A stretch of 64,000 bases of DNA, from assembly GCA_029237775.1 (NCBI GenBank), contig JAQZBR010000003.1, positions 24,214 through 88,213 of the forward strand, read 5' to 3'. The stretch is from Bacteroidota bacterium. Lineage in GTDB: Bacteria; Bacteroidota; Bacteroidia; 2-12-FULL-35-15. Positions 10,870 through 17,837 of the stretch are shown here, piece after piece. Under the pieces are notes generated by a model. That model saw only the letters and a program-made list of their open reading frames with translations. It did not search any database and had not been told where the DNA came from. How positions within the stretch are numbered: the first letter of the stretch is position 1; every line of letters starts with the position of its first letter. Position numbers and translations under genes: made by a program.

Positions 10870-12082
10870 GACTGAATAGGGCAATGTCGTCAATGTATGG
10901 TTTGCTTTGCTTATAGACGATAAGGGTTTCCATGATACGGGTATTCAGGGAGGTCATATCAAGATCCGCATTATCTTTAATAAGCTCTCTTAATTTTTCC
11001 ATTCCGAAATCGTCTCCCGCATCATTCTCAAGTTCTACAAGTCCATCGGTATAACAAACTATGCTTGTTCCGGGCGTGATGTTTACAATTCCTTCTTTAA
11101 TCTTCGTGATCTCATCAAACATTCCAAGTCCGGTACATCCTATTTTTAAAGGCGTAACCGAATTTCCTGTAGCCAATAACGGAGGATTGTGAGCAGCATT
11201 TACGTAAGTGAGGGTGCGGGTAACAAGGTTGTATTTAGCAATAAAAAGCGTAATGAATTTTTCTCCCTTTGCGCTTGCAAGAACTTTCCCGTTAAGTTCT
11301 TTAACAAGCTCTGCTAATGAAGTGGTATGGTTGAAAAGGATCCTCAGGTTTGCCTGGAAGTTCGACATCAGCAAAGCTGCAGCCACACCTTTTCCTGAAA
11401 CGTCAGCCACGCAAAATGCGCACTCGTTCTCATTCAGCCAGATAAAATCATAATAATCTCCTCCAACCTGCTGATGAGGCAAATAAAAGGCAGAAGCGTC
11501 TAGCTTGCTGTCGTTAGGAAGCTTACTCGGGAAAAGCATTGATTGCATTTCAGAGGCAAGCTCCAGCTCGCGTCTTAATGCAGCCTGGCGAATATTATCT
11601 TTCGCAAGCTTTTTGTTTTCGATCGCGACAACAATAATACTTGTAAGCGTTTGAACGAAAGGTAAATGTTTAATAGCAGGGCTTACTTCAACCTTATCTT
11701 CAAGATCTCCGATCAGAACATAAGCTAAAGGTTGAGATTTGTGAAACACAGGAACTACTATTTCAAAAGCTTTGTTCAGCTGTTTTTTTGAAAAGTTGAT
11801 GGTGCCAATTTCTTTGATAGGAAGGAGATCGCGTTCCACATCGATCTCATTGTATTCGGATCCTACACCGTATTTCAGAATGCATCTCCATCCACTGTTC
11901 TCATTGCTGAAAAGAACCAGCTTGCCTATGTTTAACTGATTTTCGAGAACGTCCTCAAATAATTGCAGCAATTGTTCAGTGGAGAAGTTATTGTTGATCG
12001 CTTTAGTGATCTCAAGTAAAGAATTAAGCTTAATGTCTTTAATCCTTTTTGATAAATTTTTATGTACCTGAGTTGAATCCAT
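10856..12082 (-). CDS. PP2C/SpoIIE (RsbU-like) serine phosphatase
   Basis: VGGDYYD, ADVSGKG, YTDGLVE and DDI motifs. Confidence 0.93.
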   Translation of the reverse strand: MDSTQVHKNLSKRIKDIKLNSLLEITKAINNNFSTEQLLQLFEDVLENQLNIGKLVLFSNENSGWRCILKYGVGSEYNEIDVERDLLPIKEIGTINFSKKQLNKAFEIVVPVFHKSQPLAYVLIGDLEDKVEVSPAIKHLPFVQTLTSIIVVAIENKKLAKDNIRQAALRRELELASEMQSMLFPSKLPNDSKLDASAFYLPHQQVGGDYYDFIWLNENECAFCVADVSGKGVAAALLMSNFQANLRILFNHTTSLAELVKELNGKVLASAKGEKFITLFIAKYNLVTRTLTYVNAAHNPPLLATGNSVTPLKIGCTGLGMFDEITKIKEGIVNITPGTSIVCYTDGLVELENDAGDDFGMEKLRELIKDNADLDMTSLNTRIMETLIVYKQSKPYIDDIALFSLRMH

Positions 12083-12198
12083 TAATTGCTGATCTTATGT
12101 ACAAATTTATCTGATTTTTATGCGCTTTAGCATTTTTTTTAGACCAAGCTTGCCTTAAAGTCGACATTGCGAATTTAGGGAAAGCCAGAGCCGATGCA

Positions 12199-13137
12199 TT
12201 ACTCTTTTTCGGTGATCTTTTTTATAAGGTCAGGCAGCATTTTTAATGCAGCTACTTCCTTCATCTTTCCTCGTGCTTCACCGGCCGGTGATCCGAAATA
12301 TGTTTTTCCCGGTGCAATGTCTTCACCCAGTCCGGCCTGCGCCAGCAACACCGAGCCTTTTCCAAGAGTAACATCACTGCGTACACCTGATTGTCCCCAT
12401 AATGTAACCCCATCTTCAATTTTTACCACACCGGCAACACCAACATGCGAAGCGAAAAGACACATTTTACCAACCTGGGTATCATGGCCTATCTGAACGT
12501 GATTATCGATCTTGGTTCCTGCCCCTATACGTGTTTCTCCGGATACTCCTTTATCGATAGTACACAATGCACCGATCTCCACATCGTCTTCAATTACAAC
12601 ACTTCCGCAGGAGATCATCTTGTCGAAATATTCAGGCCGTTTTTTATAGTAAAACGCATCAGCGCCTATAACAGTGCCGGCATGTATAACAACATTATTT
12701 CCAATATGGCAATCGTTATAAACCACCACGTGTGGGTGCAGGACGCAATTATCACCGACAGTTACATTGTTTCCAAGATAAACACCCGGCATTATTACCG
12801 TATTCAATCCGATTACAGCAGTATCGCTCACGTGCTTTCCGGAATAATTCACAGGATAAAAATGGCGGACAAGCTTATTGTAATCGCGAAAAGGATCATC
12901 GGAGATCAATAATGCTTTACCTTCCGGGCATTCTACCCGCTTATTGATAAGTATGGTAGTTGCTTTGGATTGTAAGGCCTTGTCGTAATATTTTGGATGA
13001 TCAACAAAAACAATATCTCCCGGTTCCACCATGTGGATTTCATTCATGCCAGTGATCACGTGATCAGGATTTCCTTCTGTTTCACACTGTATAAGTGCAG
13101 CTATGTTTTTTAGAGTATGCGCTGAAGGTAATTTCAT
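12199..13137 (-). CDS. LpxD-like N-acyltransferase (second copy)
   Basis: Hexapeptide repeats; IGALCTIDKG and KIDNHVQIGHD motifs; start taken at ATG 13137. Confidence 0.88.
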   Translation of the reverse strand: MKLPSAHTLKNIAALIQCETEGNPDHVITGMNEIHMVEPGDIVFVDHPKYYDKALQSKATTILINKRVECPEGKALLISDDPFRDYNKLVRHFYPVNYSGKHVSDTAVIGLNTVIMPGVYLGNNVTVGDNCVLHPHVVVYNDCHIGNNVVIHAGTVIGADAFYYKKRPEYFDKMISCGSVVIEDDVEIGALCTIDKGVSGETRIGAGTKIDNHVQIGHDTQVGKMCLFASHVGVAGVVKIEDGVTLWGQSGVRSDVTLGKGSVLLAQAGLGEDIAPGKTYFGSPAGEARGKMKEVAALKMLPDLIKKITEKE

Positions 13138-13238
13138 CTGTAAAAAGTAAAGGTTCTTGGTTCTCAAATATAACAATTTATTCTGTTTGTTGTGTAATGC
13201 AATCCCGCTCTGTACAGGGTTTTAGTGTTTGGAAGTTC

Positions 13239-13255
13239 AGGTATGGTTTTTTTAT
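13239..13255 (+). promoter_or_regulatory. GGYRY-N5-TT box (sigma54-like)
   Basis: AGGTATGGTTTTTTTAT; second G is 25 nt before ATG 13266. Confidence 0.45.
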
Positions 13256-13265
13256 TTCATCTTAT

Positions 13266-13937
13266 ATGAAAACAATAGATAAAAAGAAACAACGCGAGAA
13301 GGGCAAGAAAAAATTCCTTCATTACTTCAAGAAAGGTTATCCTGATCAGAAATATTACGCATGGGAGCGGGGATACAAGTGGGAAGCCCACTTGGCATGG
13401 GAGGAGCAATTAAATAAGAAAGAATTTAAAAGGCTGCTGGAGGAAAAGAACTACAGGGAAATTGCAAACCGTGCAGTTAAGATCGAAACAAAGACCAATT
13501 TGCTTTTTTCATTTGAGAAGATGGCTCTTCGTGACGGTGTGAAATCTGAAGCAGGCGCAAAAGCTTTCGCAGAAGGATTATACAATTACGTGTATGGAAA
13601 AGGGGATATGAAAAAGCGATTCGAAGCTTTTACAGAAGTTCTTGCTAATCTCCCTCGAAAGCAAACCCGCGTATTAACATGGCCTTTACAGACGGTCTTC
13701 GGGTTTATTGCAGATCCCGAACATCAGATCTTCATGAAGCCGAAGGTGACTAAAACTGCTGCAGAAAAATATGGCTATGAATTAAATTATACTTCAAGGC
13801 CAAATTGGGAGACCTATCAGAATTTAATAAATTTTGCGGAGCAGATTCATAAGGATACAAAGGAGTTGAATCCAAAGGACATGATCGATCTACAGTCTTT
13901 TATTTGGGTGATGGGTTCGGATGAATATCCTGACTAG
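13266..13937 (+). CDS. Hypothetical cytoplasmic protein
   Basis: 223-aa ORF from ATG 13266 with protein-like composition (WERGYKW, TWPLQT, DMIDLQSFIWV). Confidence 0.8.
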   Translation: MKTIDKKKQREKGKKKFLHYFKKGYPDQKYYAWERGYKWEAHLAWEEQLNKKEFKRLLEEKNYREIANRAVKIETKTNLLFSFEKMALRDGVKSEAGAKAFAEGLYNYVYGKGDMKKRFEAFTEVLANLPRKQTRVLTWPLQTVFGFIADPEHQIFMKPKVTKTAAEKYGYELNYTSRPNWETYQNLINFAEQIHKDTKELNPKDMIDLQSFIWVMGSDEYPD

Positions 13938-13993
13938 TGGAAAATTAAATTCAATTCCGAACGTACATCAAAACTTGAATCTGAAATTTCAAA

Positions 13994-14257
13994 TCATTTT
14001 TTCTTATACTTTATACTAAAGATAAGATTCAGGATGTTTATGATGAGGGAAAAAACATTCGTTCCTATAATTGCCCAATCATCTTTTATGATTCCATACC
14101 AGATCCATAAGCATAATCCGCTGAAAAGAATAAAAAGCATTGGCAACGAAATATCATCCGCCTTTTTTTCTTTGATGATCTTTATAAGTTGAGGCAGCAT
14201 GGAGACAGAGGTGCAAACACCAGCTGCAATTCCTATGATTGTGGGATTAATGGACAT
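13994..14257 (-). CDS. SemiSWEET / PQ-loop transporter
   Basis: 87 aa, three TMs; MLPQLIK PQ motif, DIS and LWIWYG. Confidence 0.92.
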   Translation of the reverse strand: MSINPTIIGIAAGVCTSVSMLPQLIKIIKEKKADDISLPMLFILFSGLCLWIWYGIIKDDWAIIGTNVFSLIINILNLIFSIKYKKK

Positions 14258-14267
14258 ATCTCGTGTG

Positions 14268-14284
14268 TTAAAAGAATCGTACCA
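14268..14284 (-). promoter_or_regulatory. GGYRY-N5-TT box (sigma54-like)
   Basis: Minus strand TGGTACGATTCTTTTAA; second G is 25 nt before ATG 14257. Confidence 0.5.
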
Positions 14285-14344
14285 CCGTAATCTTTTGCTT
14301 GACCGTCATCGTCAACTAAGTTGTTGAATGATAGTAAAATTATT

Positions 14345-14455
14345 CTTGCGAAGCAGCGCGTAAGGCCTGAAAGCGTACGGTGCCGTGTAGCCTTGCGGGA
14401 AGCGAGTATGCTTTCTTGAATTTTTGTTTCTTTTGTTTCAAGACAAAAGAAAAGA
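14345..14455. repeat. Probable dispersed non-coding repeat element
   Basis: GC-richer block ending in the hairpin TTTCTTTTGT-TTCAAG-ACAAAAGAAA (14427-14452). Resembles, from memory, Bacteroidota intergenic elements; single copy in this window. Confidence 0.45.
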
Positions 14456-14479
14456 ATCCTGAATAAATTTCCCAATTGA

Positions 14480-14496
14480 TGGCACATAAATTTCAT
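14480..14496 (+). promoter_or_regulatory. GGYRY-N5-TT box with a canonical TGGCAC -24 element
   Basis: TGGCACATAAATTTCAT. Confidence 0.55.
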
Positions 14497-14506
14497 GGAT
14501 ATCCGC

Positions 14507-14596
14507 AAGAGATATTCATACAGCCATATCGCCAGAGATGTGATACGGGCAAGGAAATACAAATCTCAAAAAGACTTCCTTTAGAAGTCTTTTTTT
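14507..14596 (+). ncRNA. Candidate ~90-nt small RNA or attenuated leader
   Basis: Lies between the sigma54-like box and an intrinsic terminator; internal hairpin CCATATCGC/GTGATACGG. Confidence 0.3.
14568..14596 (+). terminator. Intrinsic terminator
   Basis: AAAAAGACTTC-CTTTA-GAAGTCTTTTTTT. Confidence 0.75.
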
Positions 14597-14618
14597 ATGC
14601 AAAATAATTTATCGGATC

Positions 14619-15428
14619 ATGCTTGACAGTTTTTTAAAAACATTTAACCTTTCCCTGAATACACTTATTGCTTATATGCCTTCACTGATTGGCGGTTTAG
14701 CTTGCTTTGTGATTTCCATCTTTATTGCTAATTTTTTGTCAAAGATCTCAAACGGCTTTGCTCTTAAAAAGACAAAAGACGGCTTGATTGCGAGCTTTAT
14801 CGGTAAGATAGTCTGGTCGGTTATCTTTATTCTTGGGACTGTTTTAGCCTTGGGCATTCTCGGCCTCGGCACTATCTCCAATAAAATCCTTGCAGGTGCA
14901 GGAATAACCACGTTTATTGTCGGGTTTGCTTTAAAGGATATCGGGGAAAATTTTCTTTCGGGATTAATACTTGCTTTCAGCCGCCCGTATAAAGTCGGGA
15001 CTCTCATAGAATGCGAAGATGTGAAAGGTGTTGTAAGGAACATGACCCTTCGTCAGACGACCATTGAAGCCGATGACGGGAAGATTATTCTCGTTCCTAA
15101 TTCTATGATCATTAAAAATCCGTTGCTGCGTTATAAAACCGCGGATAATCTGCGTCAGGAATTTCATCTCAATATTGATCAGAAAAATTCAAGAGAGATA
15201 ATTGATCTGATAAAGACTACTGTGCATTCGTTTGACAATGTATTGCAAACACCGGAAAAGCCGGTTAAGGTAGTCGCAGGTTCTCTTAGCGGTGATAAGA
15301 TAAATGTGCAGGTGATATTTTGGTTCGACACAAAAAAATTTAAGGGCTCGTTCTCGGAAACTCGATCTGAGATCATGCTTACCGTAATTGAAAAACTCCG
15401 TGAAAGAGAATATACTTTCAGCGGCTAG
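14619..15428 (+). CDS. Small-conductance mechanosensitive channel (MscS family)
   Basis: GFALKDIGENFLSGL, RPYKVG and VPNS motifs. Confidence 0.92.
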   Translation: MLDSFLKTFNLSLNTLIAYMPSLIGGLACFVISIFIANFLSKISNGFALKKTKDGLIASFIGKIVWSVIFILGTVLALGILGLGTISNKILAGAGITTFIVGFALKDIGENFLSGLILAFSRPYKVGTLIECEDVKGVVRNMTLRQTTIEADDGKIILVPNSMIIKNPLLRYKTADNLRQEFHLNIDQKNSREIIDLIKTTVHSFDNVLQTPEKPVKVVAGSLSGDKINVQVIFWFDTKKFKGSFSETRSEIMLTVIEKLREREYTFSG

Positions 15429-15445
15429 TGGCATATAATTTACAT
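15429..15445 (+). promoter_or_regulatory. GGYRY-N5-TT box (sigma54-like)
   Basis: TGGCATATAATTTACAT upstream of the 15519-wrbA unit. Confidence 0.5.
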
Positions 15446-15518
15446 TCTTTATGATACCTTCTTTAAGCACGGTTAAAGGGTTTTAAAGAATTAATACTAA
15501 CAATTAATCTTATCGAAA

Positions 15519-15851
15519 ATGAAAGATCCGAAAAACACAAATGAAAATAATGATTCTGTAAATAAAGATCAGGATCCTGATAAAATAGATATGGTACCGG
15601 GTACTAGCGCTGATGTAACAAAAGAAGACCTGGAGGCACTTGGTCCGAGAGACCTGAGCATGGACATGGGTGATGATGAAGATCTGAAGCATCGTGTGCA
15701 TCCTGTGGATTTTGCAGGAAAAGACCTGGATGTTCCGGGATCTGAGCTTGATGATGCACAAGAGGCAAGAGGTTCCGAAGATGAAGAAAACAATCCATAC
15801 AGTATCGGTGGAGATAACCATGACAAGCTGGAGGAAACAAATAACATTTAG
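15519..15851 (+). CDS. Highly acidic, probably disordered small protein
   Basis: 110 aa, D/E/N-rich (DLDVPGSELDDAQEARGSEDEENNPYSIGGD); 9 nt upstream of wrbA. Confidence 0.8.
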   Translation: MKDPKNTNENNDSVNKDQDPDKIDMVPGTSADVTKEDLEALGPRDLSMDMGDDEDLKHRVHPVDFAGKDLDVPGSELDDAQEARGSEDEENNPYSIGGDNHDKLEETNNI

Positions 15852-15860
15852 ATTTAATTT

Positions 15861-16475
15861 ATGGAAAAGATAAAGCTTGCAGTGATCTATTATAGTTCAA
15901 CCGGAACAAACTATCAGCTTTCTAAGTGGGCTGCAGAAAGCGCAGAAAAGGAAGGCGCGGAAGTGAAGATATTAAAAGTGAAGGAGTTGGCACCGCAGGA
16001 AGCGATAGATTCTAATCCGTTGTGGAAGGCGAATATTGAAAAGACCAAGGATATTGCTGAGGTGAAGGTGGAGGATCTTGACTGGGCGGATGCGATTATT
16101 TTTTCGATGCCTACAAGATATGGTAACCTGCCTGCTCAGATGAAACAGTTCCTGGACTCAACCGGAGGCTTGTGGCAAAAAGGTAAGCTTACCAACAAGG
16201 TTGTCAGTGGAATGTCGAGTGCAATGAACTCCCATGGTGGACAGGAAATGACAATTCTTGCTTTATATACAACCATGTATCACTGGGGTGCAATTGTAGT
16301 AGCACCGGGTTACACTGACCCTGTGCTTTTTGCAGCAGGCGGTAACCCATATGGGACAAGCGTATCAGTTGATGCACAAGGCAAAATGAAGGAGGATGTG
16401 AAAGATGCAGTGATGCATCAGGCAAAGAGAGTTGTTAGTGTTGCAGCTATGCTAAAAAAAGGAAAATCTATATAG
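15861..16475 (+). CDS. wrbA: NAD(P)H:quinone oxidoreductase, WrbA type
   Basis: IYYSSTG, PTRYGN, HGGQE and GGNPYG flavodoxin-like motifs. Confidence 0.93.
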   Translation: MEKIKLAVIYYSSTGTNYQLSKWAAESAEKEGAEVKILKVKELAPQEAIDSNPLWKANIEKTKDIAEVKVEDLDWADAIIFSMPTRYGNLPAQMKQFLDSTGGLWQKGKLTNKVVSGMSSAMNSHGGQEMTILALYTTMYHWGAIVVAPGYTDPVLFAAGGNPYGTSVSVDAQGKMKEDVKDAVMHQAKRVVSVAAMLKKGKSI

Positions 16476-16528
16476 GCAAATGTCAGCAGTGACAATAGGC
16501 GATACTATTATGCTCTGGTACGAATAAT

Positions 16529-16556
16529 AAAAAAAGCCGCAAACGCGGCTTTTTTT
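16529..16556. terminator. Bidirectional intrinsic terminator
   Basis: AAAAAAAGCCGC-AAAC-GCGGCTTTTTTT between convergent genes. Confidence 0.9.
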
Positions 16557-16788
16557 ATTGAGCAGTATCCGTAACCGGATCTTTATCTTTTATTCCATCC
16601 GTCCTTGTATTGTCGGGAGGTGTGTCGATTGTCGAGTCAGCCGTAGCACTCGCAGCATGATTTTCCACTTTCGGATTATTACATCCTGCAAACAGGGCGA
16701 CAAATCCAATGATCATGATTGCCCACGACAACATCATTTTTAAAAGCAGGGTTTCCATAGTTTTGTTTTTTGGTTTCACTTCTTTCAT
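16555..16788 (-). CDS. Small putative lipoprotein
   Basis: Hydrophobic stretch ending in the lipobox FAGC, then a polar D/T-rich tail. Confidence 0.65.
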   Translation of the reverse strand: MKEVKPKNKTMETLLLKMMLSWAIMIIGFVALFAGCNNPKVENHAASATADSTIDTPPDNTRTDGIKDKDPVTDTAQ

Positions 16789-16809
16789 GGCTTATAAGGT
16801 ATTATACTT

Positions 16810-16826
16810 AGTCAAAGCTTATACCA
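16810..16826 (-). promoter_or_regulatory. GGYRY-N5-TT box (sigma54-like)
   Basis: Minus strand TGGTATAAGCTTTGACT. Confidence 0.55.
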
Positions 16827-16868
16827 CCCGAAAACTGAAATTTAAGTGGGGAAGCATTACCGCGAAAT

Positions 16869-17837
16869 TTACTTTTTTGACTTTTTCGTTTTGCTCTTTT
16901 TCGCTTTTGATTTTTTTGCGGCAGGTTTGTCTTTAAGTTTAGTTTTCCCTTTAACAATCACTGTTGTATGTCTTTCAGCTTTAATATCTTGTTTAGAAGG
17001 AAGGAATTCCCTTTCTTTCAATGCATAACCGTTACGTTTAGAAAGTATATGAACCCTTAGGTTTTCAATACACAATGGCACATCGGGCGCTGCGTATGCA
17101 ATATTTGTATGGCCTACATCCTTCCCATCAATTATTACCACCATTCCGGATCCTTTGCATTCAGCTCTGTTTCCTTTTTTAATTACAAGGGCGGTGTCTT
17201 CTCCGAGTCCGATCCCAATACAAGCCGGGTTCATTACTATTGATTGTGCAAGTCTTCCAAATCTTCCGCGCTTAATAAAATGGGTGTCAATAATACAGCC
17301 GTGTATAAACCCGAGTCCGGAGGAGAACTTTACTGTCTGACTCAGCATTGCTTCGTTGTTTTCTCCTTCATACAACATTAAGCCTGACATGGCCATCGCT
17401 CCCGCACTGGTGCCCGCTACAATAAAATCGGAATCATGCACGTATTTATGTTTTACGGCATCTATCACATCTGAACTCCCTAAAATTGTCGCAAGCCTGA
17501 ATTGATCTCCGCCACTGAAAAGTACAGAGTGCGCTTTATGGATGCGTTCTACATATTTAGGATAATCAGCCTCTTCATGATTGCTCATATTTATAAAGCC
17601 AACCTCTTTGAAGCCGATTTTCTTAAAGGCTTCCTTATACATCTCATTGACTTCTTTTGGAACTGAAGAAGCGGTGGTAATGATCTCAATTTTCTTTTTA
17701 TTTCTTTTTTTGTCTTTAGGCAGTAATTCGGATAGGATCTCAAACTCTTCATATTCTCTGTTCCTGGTCAAGGCTCTTCCGTCACCTTTATCTTCTGCTC
17801 CCCCTATCAGGATCAATGTTCCTTTTGGCACTTTCAT
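16869..17837 (-). CDS. cphB: Cyanophycinase (peptidase S51) with a Lys-rich C-terminal tail
   Basis: IGGAEDK, FSGGDQ, GTSAGA (Ser), IDTHFIKRGRFGRL (His) and GLGEDT (Glu); ATGA overlap with the upstream cphA paralog. Confidence 0.95.
   Translation of the reverse strand: MKVPKGTLILIGGAEDKGDGRALTRNREYEEFEILSELLPKDKKRNKKKIEIITTASSVPKEVNEMYKEAFKKIGFKEVGFINMSNHEEADYPKYVERIHKAHSVLFSGGDQFRLATILGSSDVIDAVKHKYVHDSDFIVAGTSAGAMAMSGLMLYEGENNEAMLSQTVKFSSGLGFIHGCIIDTHFIKRGRFGRLAQSIVMNPACIGIGLGEDTALVIKKGNRAECKGSGMVVIIDGKDVGHTNIAYAAPDVPLCIENLRVHILSKRNGYALKEREFLPSKQDIKAERHTTVIVKGKTKLKDKPAAKKSKAKKSKTKKSKK

Noticed and set aside
14233-14562. 109-aa minus-strand ORF
   Set aside because: It crosses a repeat-like element and promoter boxes, overlaps SemiSWEET, and has a non-ATG start.
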